Virus record (IMG/VR): IMGVR_UViG_3300042934_000980
Span: 124,001 to 188,000 of that record
Reading direction: 5' to 3' (one strand)
Length of the DNA: 64,000 nucleotides
A program made the translations under genes and the position numbers. The notes beneath the pieces are model-generated. The model was not told the DNA's origin, did not search any database, and worked only from the letters and a program-made list of their open reading frames with translations. Positions 28,730 to 37,410 of this stretch are shown here, piece by piece. Numbering within the stretch: position 1 is the stretch's first letter; each line of letters opens with the position of its first letter.

Positions 28730-31582
28730 ATGTTTAATATGTTTTCAGTCGGAGTCAAGCAAACGGGAGTGTATACCCATATCACTGGCGTTTCTTTTTA
28801 CAGCATTGCCAAGGACATTGAGAAGTTCTTCAGCTCCGGGCTGGTGACCAAGTACATGGTGCGCCGGGAGACGTGGGACACCATCAAGGTCCATGACTTC
28901 TTTCTGGTGGAGCTGCATTACATTCTGGGTGAGCTGCTTAAGATCCGCACCATTCGCAGCCGCAGGCGTGCACTGAGCGAACTTAAGTACCTGCTAGAAA
29001 CTGAGACGTGGATCAAAGACACCCTGACCCCGTCGGGCAAACCGTTTGACTTTAAACGGCTCAATGACTTTGTCAAAACGCCGTTTCCTAAACAGCGTGA
29101 ATTCTTGGAACAATACCCGCTGATTGAAAAGAGCTACCACCTGAGGGGCATCCTGCTCGACTCAGTGGCCGGTAGTGGTAAGGCTCAGCCGTACTCCACC
29201 AAGGTTAAAGTCCCTAAGGGATGGAAACACTTGGGGGAATTGAAAGTGGGGGAAGAAGTGTCCACCCCAGACGGCGACTACGCCAAGATCACCGCCGTGC
29301 ACCCACAAGGGGTCACTGACGTATACCGCTTCCACTTTGAAGATGGGCGTTGGGCTGACTCGCACCCTGAGCACTTGTGGCAGGTCGATGAGATCAGTCG
29401 TATACAAGGCGAGGAGATCATCAGCGCCGACCACATCACCACCACCCAAGACATCCTTAACCACTTCCAAGACTACGAGTACCAGATCCCTTTGGTGGGA
29501 CAGATGGACGGGCTCTTGGAGATGGGTGGGGTTGAGCATGCAGCCATAGCGGAAGAGTTGCTGATCTCAGCAATACCGATAGATGATCCAGTGATGGAAC
29601 TTTCCTACTTGGACCGGTTTGGTATCGTGCGCTCGATGTTGGAGCTGAGCGGCTGTCAGATTGCCCCTACCGGGATTGCGTTCATCACCACCAACCAAGT
29701 GGCGGCTAAGAACTTCCAGAAGCTGGTGTGGAGCGTGGGCGGGATTGCCACGTGGACCGAAGTTCCGGGTAACCCCTTCCGGATTGAACTCTACCACCCG
29801 CAAATTGAATTGATGGTGGAGAACCTGCTCGGTCCTGGGCTGGAGCTGGGGGAGATCATCAGTTTGGAAGATCACCTCAACCTGCGCCTCAAGATCACCG
29901 CGGTGGAGAAACGGCCTCAGGAAGAGACGCTCTGCATCTCGATCGATCACCACGCCCACCTGTACGTCATTGACGACTACATCATCACCCACAACACCTT
30001 TACCTCGCTGATGTGGGCGCATCTGTTGGGTGACGGAGCGACGGTGGTGGTGTGTCCGTTGGGGATTGTTAACGATGTATGGACCAAACAGATCAAGGAG
30101 CACCACAAACAAGAGAAGCGGGTGTGGACCAGCATCAGCGGGCTGCCGCTTGCAGAAGGGTACGACTTCTACATCGTGCACTACGACTTCCTGCGGGGAA
30201 CTGGCTACGGCTACTTAAAGGAGTTCTTGCTTAAGCTTAAAAAGTCCAGCAAGCACGAACTTAAGTTGATCTTGGATGAGTCGCACAACTTTAACGAGAT
30301 CAGGGCCAAGCAAACCCAGCGGTTGATAGAACTGGCGGACCTGCAAGTGTTTGACCATTCCCTGCCCATGTCGGGGACCGCCCTTAAAGCCCAAGGCAGT
30401 GAGATCTACCCCACGCTGTGCCTGATTGACCGGCACTTTGATAAGGTGGCTCGCGAGTTCTTCTTGGCCTCCTACGGGCGTAACCGCCAGTCGCTCATGA
30501 ACATGCTGGCGCACCGCATTGGTCGGGGTAAGTTCACCATCCCAGAACTCTTGGGCTTGGGCGATCCACCTCCGATCAATGTCATCAAGGTGCAAATCCC
30601 GGGTGGGCAGAAGTACACCTTGGATGCGATCAAGCTGGAGATGCAGGTGTACATCCAAGAGCGCATGGCGTTTTACGATGAGCACATGCCCAAGTACCTG
30701 GCCTTCTACAAGGAGGTGTTGTCCAGTTACGAGTTCTCCGTGCAAAAGCACCCCAAGGAGCTGGCGGACCTGCAACGCTATAAAGCCATCGTTAACCGGT
30801 TCCGCACCCAAGGGTATTCCAGTTTCACCGACGCCCAAGACAGTGCATTCTGTAAGCGGGTGGAGGAGGACATTGAGAAGACCCTTAAAGGTCAAGACCT
30901 GCACGATTTCCGCAATGTGAAGTCGGCGGTCAAGTACCTAGGGCTTAAACTGCGCGGCGAAGCGTTGGGTAACGTGTTGGGTAAAGCACGCATCAATGCG
31001 ATCAAGGAAACCATCGAGCACGCAGGCTTACCCGAGCTGATCAACAACGTGGAGAAGAAGACGGTTATCTTCACCTCCTACGTCGACGTTGTGAAGCTCT
31101 GTGATGAGTACCTGCGCGATAAAGGCTTTAAGCCTAACTTGGTCTACGGGGAGGTTAACAAAGACCGTGAAGAGGCTGTCAGAAGCTTTGGTGCGGTGCC
31201 TGAGATCAATCCGTTGATTGCGGCCATGGATTCTCTGAAAGAGGGTATTCCGTTGCTGATGGCCAACCAAACCATCTTCCTCAACGCGCCTTACCGGGAT
31301 TACGAGGTCAAGCAGATGCAAGCCCGTACCTGGCGTACCGGTCAAGACAGCCCGTGTTTCTACTGGCTGATTGACTTGGACACCGGGGATCAGGTGAACA
31401 TCACCACGCGCAGCCTCAACATCTTGGAATGGAGCCGAGAGCAGGTGGATGCATTGCTCAGCCGCAGTGAAGGTCATGCCCTGCTGGGGGATGTAACCGG
31501 TGAAGAAGCCTTTAGCTTGGTGGACGAACCTGTAACCAAACCTTTGCAGGTAAGAGCCGGAGTACTCAGTCTCTTTGGGTAA
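28730..31582 (+). CDS. SNF2/SF2-family helicase containing an intein
   Basis: AAGGA SD before ATG 28730; ILLDSVAGSGK|T, VVVCP, LILDESHN, MSGT, EGIPLLMAN, QMQARTWRTGQ. Confidence 0.9.
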   Translation: MFNMFSVGVKQTGVYTHITGVSFYSIAKDIEKFFSSGLVTKYMVRRETWDTIKVHDFFLVELHYILGELLKIRTIRSRRRALSELKYLLETETWIKDTLTPSGKPFDFKRLNDFVKTPFPKQREFLEQYPLIEKSYHLRGILLDSVAGSGKAQPYSTKVKVPKGWKHLGELKVGEEVSTPDGDYAKITAVHPQGVTDVYRFHFEDGRWADSHPEHLWQVDEISRIQGEEIISADHITTTQDILNHFQDYEYQIPLVGQMDGLLEMGGVEHAAIAEELLISAIPIDDPVMELSYLDRFGIVRSMLELSGCQIAPTGIAFITTNQVAAKNFQKLVWSVGGIATWTEVPGNPFRIELYHPQIELMVENLLGPGLELGEIISLEDHLNLRLKITAVEKRPQEETLCISIDHHAHLYVIDDYIITHNTFTSLMWAHLLGDGATVVVCPLGIVNDVWTKQIKEHHKQEKRVWTSISGLPLAEGYDFYIVHYDFLRGTGYGYLKEFLLKLKKSSKHELKLILDESHNFNEIRAKQTQRLIELADLQVFDHSLPMSGTALKAQGSEIYPTLCLIDRHFDKVAREFFLASYGRNRQSLMNMLAHRIGRGKFTIPELLGLGDPPPINVIKVQIPGGQKYTLDAIKLEMQVYIQERMAFYDEHMPKYLAFYKEVLSSYEFSVQKHPKELADLQRYKAIVNRFRTQGYSSFTDAQDSAFCKRVEEDIEKTLKGQDLHDFRNVKSAVKYLGLKLRGEALGNVLGKARINAIKETIEHAGLPELINNVEKKTVIFTSYVDVVKLCDEYLRDKGFKPNLVYGEVNKDREEAVRSFGAVPEINPLIAAMDSLKEGIPLLMANQTIFLNAPYRDYEVKQMQARTWRTGQDSPCFYWLIDLDTGDQVNITTRSLNILEWSREQVDALLSRSEGHALLGDVTGEEAFSLVDEPVTKPLQVRAGVLSLFG
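29183..29995 (+). mobile_element. Class 3 intein (271 aa) in the helicase Walker A motif, with a degenerate endonuclease remnant
   Basis: GSGK/AQPYSTKV...HPEHLW...TLCISIDHHAHLYVIDDYIITHN/T; Ala1 and the W-C-T triplet. Confidence 0.9.
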
Positions 31583-31595
31583 TATAGGTTCTAAA
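31579..31595 (-). promoter_or_regulatory. Early promoter motif oriented antisense to the helicase
   Basis: TTTAGAACCTATATTAC overlapping the helicase TAA. Confidence 0.6.
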
Positions 31596-31621
31596 CCTTT
31601 TAACGAAAAAAAAGAACCAGT

Positions 31622-31658
31622 AGTAACTACCGCACCCTTAGTGGGTGCGGTAGTTACT
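31622..31658 (-). terminator. Intrinsic terminator
   Basis: 16-bp stem AGTAACTACCGCACCC/GGGTGCGGTAGTTACT; T8 tract a few nt downstream on the minus strand. Confidence 0.8.
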
Positions 31659-31665
31659 GGATTCT

Positions 31666-32283
31666 TTAGGCTTGCATTACTACTTTGCGGGATTCAATCA
31701 TGCGGTTAGCCGAGAGGAAGAACACACTGCGGGCTGCATGACGCAAGGCGGTGTAGCGCTTAATCACCGATTCGGTCGTGCGGATTTCGCGTTTCATGTC
31801 TTCAGGGTTAACCTTCAGGGCCTCCAATTCCCGCTGGGCCTTGTCGACCTTAACTGTCAGTGTTTCACACAGTTCCCAGCACTGATCTTGCAGGACGTCT
31901 TCGTCCAAGGGTTCGAACAGCTCGAACTCCACCACTTGCTGCGGGCAGAACGTATTGTCCTTACCTTCACGGTTGAACAGCTCCAGCGCCACTTCCAACG
32001 GCACCTTCACGTCGCCCAGTACATCGCGGGCATCCACGTTACCGCCTACCGAGCCGGTGGACAGGTGCACTTGGTTGTCTTCTGCATCTACGTGCACAGG
32101 GTTCAGGCAGTAGACAGTGTGGTTCAGCAACGCCACGACGTGCTCACGGCCATTGACCTGCAGACGACCCAATCCAGCCAGCCGGATTTCACGGGCGCCG
32201 CTGTGGTCATCTTTGATCAGGCCTTTGGTGGCTTTAGCACGGGTAACTAGGTCTGCGAAAGAAGCTTTGATGATACGAGTCAT
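31666..32283 (-). CDS. Hypothetical protein
   Basis: GGAG SD before MTRIIKASF (32283); C-terminal coiled coil. Confidence 0.75.
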   Translation of the reverse strand: MTRIIKASFADLVTRAKATKGLIKDDHSGAREIRLAGLGRLQVNGREHVVALLNHTVYCLNPVHVDAEDNQVHLSTGSVGGNVDARDVLGDVKVPLEVALELFNREGKDNTFCPQQVVEFELFEPLDEDVLQDQCWELCETLTVKVDKAQRELEALKVNPEDMKREIRTTESVIKRYTALRHAARSVFFLSANRMIESRKVVMQA

Positions 32284-32341
32284 GATAATAATTCTCCAAT
32301 TTGGATGGCATGATTGCCGGTAGGTGTTAAATGAAAGTAAC

Positions 32342-32608
32342 TTAGTTGTCCAGCGGGCCGTACCGACCGGTGTACTGGGCAACCAATATGTCCAGCTCCT
32401 GCTGCACAGGGCGCAGCAGGGCTCGGGCAATAAATACGTCACCAGGGACTTTAGGGTTAGCAATAACCCCTTGGTACACCTGAACCGCTTCTTCTTTACG
32501 GCGAATCATCTGGATCAACTTTAACCGAGCGTCAAGCTCTTTTAAGTAATCCGGGATGACGGTGCAAGGTTGACGTCGGTTGGGGAACAACGGAATAACT
32601 TCACCCAT
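32342..32608 (-). CDS. Small hypothetical protein (MGEVIPLF N-terminus)
   Basis: 88 aa, in operon. Confidence 0.7.
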   Translation of the reverse strand: MGEVIPLFPNRRQPCTVIPDYLKELDARLKLIQMIRRKEEAVQVYQGVIANPKVPGDVFIARALLRPVQQELDILVAQYTGRYGPLDN

Positions 32609-32618
32609 GACTTAACCC

Positions 32619-32993
32619 TTAATGCAAGGAGCCAGAGCGACCGTGCCCTTTGCTGGATTTGTTCATGGCGGCCGAGACCAGAGGGCTCTTCCAGTTCTGG
32701 TCTTCGTTCATCAGCTTGAGCAGAGATGGGCTGGACTTCACCAGAGGACTCATCTCCATTTCAAACCGACCGCCTTTGCGGATGTGCAGTACGCCCAGTT
32801 GGTGACCGATCTCGGTACTGGCAAATTCAATGAAATCACCTTCGTTGCAGTAGCTGATGGCCAGCTGCAACATCCGTGGCATCGCGGTGTCAAAGTAACT
32901 GTAGTGACGGACCATGATGACTTCTTTGGATTTACCGCGAGTCATGGTGGCGACAACACGGCGACGATGGATACTGCTAACTTCTTTACTCAT
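32619..32993 (-). CDS. Hypothetical protein
   Basis: 124 aa, preceded by a degenerate early promoter. Confidence 0.75.
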   Translation of the reverse strand: MSKEVSSIHRRRVVATMTRGKSKEVIMVRHYSYFDTAMPRMLQLAISYCNEGDFIEFASTEIGHQLGVLHIRKGGRFEMEMSPLVKSSPSLLKLMNEDQNWKSPLVSAAMNKSSKGHGRSGSLH

Positions 32994-33033
32994 GGTTATT
33001 CTAACCCCAATTATTTGGTTTACTGGTACTTAA

Positions 33034-33050
33034 GCAACATACGTCTAAGA
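33034..33050 (-). promoter_or_regulatory. Degenerate early promoter
   Basis: TCTTAGACGTATGTTGC, 3 mismatches to the copy at 33690. Confidence 0.5.
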
Positions 33051-33060
33051 CCGACCGGTC

Positions 33061-33654
33061 TTATAAGGCTTCGATTGCTAGGCGGTGTTGATCCACCCGA
33101 TCGCCGAACACTTTCAAATACATGTCAGGATAACGAACATATCCACCTCGGCTGTACTTTTGTTTGAGGTGTTGGGTTGCACCCTCTCTGCATTCATCTT
33201 CTGAATAATGAGGGTGGGTCTTTTTCAGGTAGGACATGGCGCGACCGATCATGTGATCGATGTTGCCTGGAAACTCCCGGTCAGCTGAGTTAATCAGCTC
33301 ACAGAAAGTATTCTTGAACGACCCTTTAAAGGACGCACGGTGCTGGCCACACCCCCAAGCCACCAACATGGTTTCTGAAGGGCTCAGGTTTTCAAGTATC
33401 ACCGGATGATCGGTAGTGCTCATCCAATGAAATGCCAGTTCATGGTGGTTGTTGCGACTCCAAGCGAAGAAGTCGTGGAAGTAGGCGGCGAACAGAATGA
33501 GCTTAGGGTCAAACCCCAAGTCCAGTTGTTGGTTGATCACAAGACCGGTTTGATAAACCGTTTCGAAATGACCTTGCCGGTGGGCCGGATCGTTCATCTC
33601 CCACTTGTCAGCAAAAGCATTAACAATCTGTTGCGTGAGCGGATGCTTATTCAT
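33061..33654 (-). CDS. HD-domain phosphohydrolase
   Basis: AHRQGH..V, FAAYFHD, HH, INSAD. Confidence 0.8.
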   Translation of the reverse strand: MNKHPLTQQIVNAFADKWEMNDPAHRQGHFETVYQTGLVINQQLDLGFDPKLILFAAYFHDFFAWSRNNHHELAFHWMSTTDHPVILENLSPSETMLVAWGCGQHRASFKGSFKNTFCELINSADREFPGNIDHMIGRAMSYLKKTHPHYSEDECREGATQHLKQKYSRGGYVRYPDMYLKVFGDRVDQHRLAIEAL

Positions 33655-33689
33655 AATCTTCCTAAGAAGGTTGGTTACTTATCCTCCAA

Positions 33690-33706
33690 GTAATATAGGT
33701 CTAAGA
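33690..33706 (-). promoter_or_regulatory. Early promoter
   Basis: TCTTAGACCTATATTAC, 35 nt before the HD gene. Confidence 0.75.
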
Positions 33707-33741
33707 TGCTCTGTAAGTTAAAAATAAAAACACTGAATAAC

Positions 33742-33769
33742 CCCCTACCTCCCCTAGGGGAGGTAGGGG
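33742..33769 (-). terminator. Terminator (perfect palindrome)
   Basis: CCCCTACCTCCCCTAGGGGAGGTAGGGG, then a T-rich tract on the minus strand. Confidence 0.7.
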
Positions 33770-33791
33770 TATTCTTAATCAATCCAGTTGC

Positions 33792-34349
33792 TTAGCAGGT
33801 GACCTTGAAAATCAGTTGTTCGTAGTACTCTTGGGTAAACGCCTGATCCACCATGCGCGGCATGCCAGAGAAACCGAACTCTTTGAACAACAAGATCTTG
33901 CCCCGAAATGATTGCAGCAAGTGCTTTTCCATGAACGCTTCAATCGAGTCGTTCATGATGTCTTGCTCATCGTCCGGGTTCCAACGGTCATCGCGCCGCA
34001 ACCATTTAGGGTTGGCACGAATCTCAAACCCGTAGATCTGGTCCTGGTCCATGATCATGCCGTGGTTACCATCGTCGCGCAGCGCCTGCATGATGATGGG
34101 GATGTCGTTGATCTCTTTGAAAGCTTCTTTGAGAAACTTCACTGGGTCACCGGCTTTCAGCACACTCGACACCACCCCACGCTTGGCATGCGCCGGCACT
34201 TCAGGGTCGTTCATCAAGCGCAGCGCCAGCTTCTTAAGCTTCTTGATGTTGGTGGTGAAGTGGTCCTCAAAGTACTTAAGTACCCGCCCTTCCTGCTCCA
34301 GCGGCGATTGACTAGCGTCGCCTACAAACGCCGGTGCGCCCTTTTGCAT
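33792..34349 (-). CDS. Hypothetical protein
   Basis: 185 aa, TAATG coupling with the upstream gene. Confidence 0.75.
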   Translation of the reverse strand: MQKGAPAFVGDASQSPLEQEGRVLKYFEDHFTTNIKKLKKLALRLMNDPEVPAHAKRGVVSSVLKAGDPVKFLKEAFKEINDIPIIMQALRDDGNHGMIMDQDQIYGFEIRANPKWLRRDDRWNPDDEQDIMNDSIEAFMEKHLLQSFRGKILLFKEFGFSGMPRMVDQAFTQEYYEQLIFKVTC

Positions 34350-34537
34350 TACACCACCCCCAAAGCTTGCATGAGCTTCTCAACCGCCAAGTACCAAGCC
34401 CACGGAAAGCAGACGATGGCCACGCAGGTGCTCACGAAGCCTTTGGCGGCGACCACTCCAAGGAGCCACAGAAACAACCAGAAGCTGGCCACCCAACCGT
34501 GCTTACTACCCAAGCTAAATGAAAACTTCATATCCAC
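34349..34537 (-). CDS. Small membrane protein
   Basis: 62 aa, two hydrophobic segments, AAGGA SD. Confidence 0.7.
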   Translation of the reverse strand: MDMKFSFSLGSKHGWVASFWLFLWLLGVVAAKGFVSTCVAIVCFPWAWYLAVEKLMQALGVV

Positions 34538-34818
34538 TTCCTTAACCAGTTCTTTAGCCGCACCTTAAAGGGCACATGCTCTTTGAGTTCAGGGATTCGT
34601 TCAGGGTTGACCTTAATAGTCAACAAGGCCTGCTCGATTTCTTTTGCTTCATCCTCCAATGCCAGCGCTTCACGGCGCAGCGCGGCAGAGGCTTCAGGGT
34701 CGCTGTGGTACAAGGCCCAACTACCCTGGTGTTTACGCTGGGCTTCTTCGAGCAGGTGTTGACGTGACAGTGTTAAGTGGTGCTTATTCTGGTTATACTT
34801 GCGACCGCTCAATGGCAT
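34528..34818 (-). CDS. Hypothetical protein
   Basis: 96 aa, overlapping operon arrangement. Confidence 0.65.
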   Translation of the reverse strand: MPLSGRKYNQNKHHLTLSRQHLLEEAQRKHQGSWALYHSDPEASAALRREALALEDEAKEIEQALLTIKVNPERIPELKEHVPFKVRLKNWLRKWI

Positions 34819-35135
34819 GATAAACCTTCTTCAGATTCAAGGAATTTGATCATGTCCTCAGCGAAGAGGGCATGCACCGGGGCAAAGTTCTTGGCGCGTT
34901 GCACCAGTGACGCGGTGATGGACACAAAGTAGTGATCGGCACTGCCTTGGGCGACAAAGTACATCCCCTTGACGATCCCCACAGTCTCATTCCACACCAC
35001 GTAAACGTTTCGCTTTACTCCATTACCGAGCTCCAGCACTACCTCACCCAAAAAGACTTTATCTTTGGTGAGTTGATCAACGCCGATGTCAAGTACGGTT
35101 GGATTAAGACGTTGCTTCATAAACAGGTACCTCAA
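34809..35135 (-). CDS. Hypothetical protein
   Basis: About 103-108 aa; GAGG SD before MKQRLNP suggests a slightly later start. Confidence 0.65.
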   Translation of the reverse strand: MRYLFMKQRLNPTVLDIGVDQLTKDKVFLGEVVLELGNGVKRNVYVVWNETVGIVKGMYFVAQGSADHYFVSITASLVQRAKNFAPVHALFAEDMIKFLESEEGLSCH

Positions 35136-35157
35136 TTACAAAATAGCGGACATAAGC

Positions 35158-35184
35158 CCAGTGCCGGTTAATCGCCGGCACTGG
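35158..35184 (-). terminator. Hairpin directly after the alginate-lyase-like gene
   Basis: CCAGTGCCGG-TTAATCG-CCGGCACTGG. Confidence 0.65.
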
Positions 35185-35190
35185 TACTAC

Positions 35191-36315
35191 TTACTTAACA
35201 GCGTCTCGTTGCTCGTTACACCAAGCACGCAGCGCTTTGCCTTCACTATCATCCAGGTTGTCGAGGGTGTCCTCCAACTTGGAAAGATTGTCTTTGGCAG
35301 TTTTCTTCGCCCCGTTCTCAATGTTGCCCTGGATCTGCTTAACCAGCTTTTGAACGCTGGCCAGCTTAGCCTGAGGCACATCTTTGAACAGTTCGTCAGT
35401 GTTCTCCGGCGTTGCAGGTGTGGCTGGGGTAGAAGGAGCCGGGGAGCTACCGTCGGTGGGTGAAGGGGGTACCGGGGTGGTTGGCTTCTCAGGGGCCGTC
35501 GGCTTAAGCGGCGGCAACTGGAAACGCTCAGGAGCATCAAGGTCAAACTGTTCGTTGACCCGCCAGAACGCACCCTCGTCCAGATCAATGATGTCCAGAT
35601 CTAGGGTATCACCGTGGTACAGGGCGCACTCAAAGTGAGCCATGATCGCGGTGCCGTCTTTTTGCTCTTTCACCGGCAGCTTAATGTCGGTCTGGCAGTA
35701 CAGCCCCCACTTGGCGTACAACCCTTTGTCTTCACTGTACGAGCCGTCTTGGTTGATCTTGACGGTCTTGATGATGGGGTTGTTGGACTTCCAGTTGAAA
35801 CCGGCAACAAAGGTGTCTTTGTTGAAGCCAAACGCCAGGTCATAGATCTGACCCCGCTTAACACCCTTGACCAAGATGAACGGCTTTTCCTTGGCCTTGA
35901 AGGTCTCAGCCAACTGCACGTTCAGGTAGTAGGTGTCGGTTTCTTTGTCGTACAGCCACTGTCCTTTAACCAACGGACGGGTGGAGCTGCCGTGCCACTG
36001 AAGCCCGATGGCTTTGCCGTCTGGCCCCAGGTCAAAGATGGCCTGACGTACTGCGATGACGCTGCCTTTGTACTGGCCAATCTTGGCCGCCGCCTTGTTA
36101 CCCGTTTTAGGATCCATCTCACGGGTTTCAGAACGACCGTACTTGGTATTCTCAGTGGGCTTAAGGTCAGCCCCCTTGGTGCGTACGATCGAAATGATCC
36201 GGTCTTTTCGACTGGTGTCCCAGAACTCGTTGTTGAGGTTGGGCAAGTCTTTTTGACTGGTGGTCTTGTTGCAAGGGTCGGTGTGGTTAAAGCAGTTAAT
36301 CTGCGCAAATGGCAT
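35191..36315 (-). CDS. Polysaccharide lyase family 7 (alginate lyase)-like protein with Pro/Thr linker and C-terminal helical domain
   Basis: All three PL7 signature regions in order: TENTKYGRSETRE, LQWHG...PL, YAKWGLYCQ. GAGG SD before ATG 36315; no signal peptide. Confidence 0.78.
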   Translation of the reverse strand: MPFAQINCFNHTDPCNKTTSQKDLPNLNNEFWDTSRKDRIISIVRTKGADLKPTENTKYGRSETREMDPKTGNKAAAKIGQYKGSVIAVRQAIFDLGPDGKAIGLQWHGSSTRPLVKGQWLYDKETDTYYLNVQLAETFKAKEKPFILVKGVKRGQIYDLAFGFNKDTFVAGFNWKSNNPIIKTVKINQDGSYSEDKGLYAKWGLYCQTDIKLPVKEQKDGTAIMAHFECALYHGDTLDLDIIDLDEGAFWRVNEQFDLDAPERFQLPPLKPTAPEKPTTPVPPSPTDGSSPAPSTPATPATPENTDELFKDVPQAKLASVQKLVKQIQGNIENGAKKTAKDNLSKLEDTLDNLDDSEGKALRAWCNEQRDAVK

Positions 36316-36376
36316 GATGAAAGCCTCTGTGGTGATGGAATGCCCTGGGTACTCACTCAAGGCATAACATCCACGG

Positions 36377-36652
36377 TCAACCTTCCAACTGCCGCTTTAA
36401 CTGCTCCCTGAGCAACGCCATCTTTTCACCCAGCGCCAGCATGCGCAGCACCACGTTCTCGCGCTCTGTAACCGTTGCGAAGGTGGGGATCGAATCACGC
36501 AGGTTGGCGATCCGCATTTCAAGCGACAGGATCTCAAGCGACAGACCCAGTTTTTCCGTGGTTTGCGGGGAATCGAGAAGCTGCAACGTGTTAGGAAACG
36601 TTGGTTGCGCACGGCGGTGTTTGAACTCCGCCATGTAGATTACTTGACCCAT
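36377..36652 (-). CDS. Small hypothetical protein (MGQVIYMAEF N-terminus)
   Basis: 91 aa, GAGGT SD. Confidence 0.75.
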   Translation of the reverse strand: MGQVIYMAEFKHRRAQPTFPNTLQLLDSPQTTEKLGLSLEILSLEMRIANLRDSIPTFATVTERENVVLRMLALGEKMALLREQLKRQLEG

Positions 36653-36703
36653 ATAGCACCTCGTAATGATAGTTAGAGCTTACGGTTAAGCGTAGCTGTT
36701 CGA

Positions 36704-36826
36704 CTATGTTGCTTGCACGATAAAAACAAAGCCTGCGATAACAACCCCCACAACCAACCCCACCACCATTACAAAAATGAAGAAGGACCGGTTTGCTTTA
36801 AAGTACTCTTTCCAAAACCCTTCCAT
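36704..36826 (-). CDS. 40-aa single-TM protein (not in ORF track)
   Basis: MEGFWKEYFKANRSFFIFVMVVGLVVGVVIAGFVFIVQAT*, AGGGGT SD. Confidence 0.65.
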   Translation of the reverse strand: MEGFWKEYFKANRSFFIFVMVVGLVVGVVIAGFVFIVQAT

Positions 36827-36854
36827 ACAAAAAATACCCCTAATCAGTTATAAA

Positions 36855-36880
36855 CCTAGTGCCGGAAAACCGGCACTAGG
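36855..36880 (-). terminator. Hairpin
   Basis: CCTAGTGCCGG-AAAA-CCGGCACTAGG. Confidence 0.65.
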
Positions 36881-36886
36881 GTATTC

Positions 36887-37126
36887 TTAGCTTTTCTTGC
36901 TTAGCGTTTGAAGTTGCTTATTCAAACCCTGCAATTGCTGGTGCAGTTCTTGAATGTACAACGCCACCTGTTGTTGATCAACAGGGTCTTTAACAGAAGC
37001 TGATGCCAAAGACAACGCACGAATACGCTTGGCCAGAGCGTCCATGCGTGTTCTGATTTCAAGTATATCCTTTTTTGTTAAACGGCCGGATGGAGAAAAA
37101 TCTGCCATTTGAATCGCCACACCCAT
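36887..37126 (-). CDS. Small coiled-coil hypothetical protein
   Basis: 79 aa, AAGGT SD. Confidence 0.7.
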   Translation of the reverse strand: MGVAIQMADFSPSGRLTKKDILEIRTRMDALAKRIRALSLASASVKDPVDQQQVALYIQELHQQLQGLNKQLQTLSKKS

Positions 37127-37140
37127 GTGCTGGGGACCTT

Positions 37141-37401
37141 TTATTTTCGGTTAGGTTGCTGAAGCACAAGCGGAGGGACATCCCTGCCCAGCGACAAGAA
37201 GTACTGAGTTCTCCTCGCAATAGCCTCTTCGAGTATCGCATTGGCAAGCGCGGTGATGCGTCGCCGTTTCCTAGGTAGGGTCCAAAAACGAATGGACCCA
37301 TAGAGTCGTTCCGCTTCATCGATCAGATCACCGATAAGTCTGAGCTCGTTTACGCGGTACAAAGCACAGTGGGTGTTCTTTAAAGCGACCACCTTGTTCA
37401 C
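37141..37401 (-). CDS. Hypothetical protein
   Basis: 86 aa, GTG start, GGAGGAG SD. Confidence 0.7.
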   Translation of the reverse strand: MNKVVALKNTHCALYRVNELRLIGDLIDEAERLYGSIRFWTLPRKRRRITALANAILEEAIARRTQYFLSLGRDVPPLVLQQPNRK

Positions 37402-37410
37402 AACTCCTCC

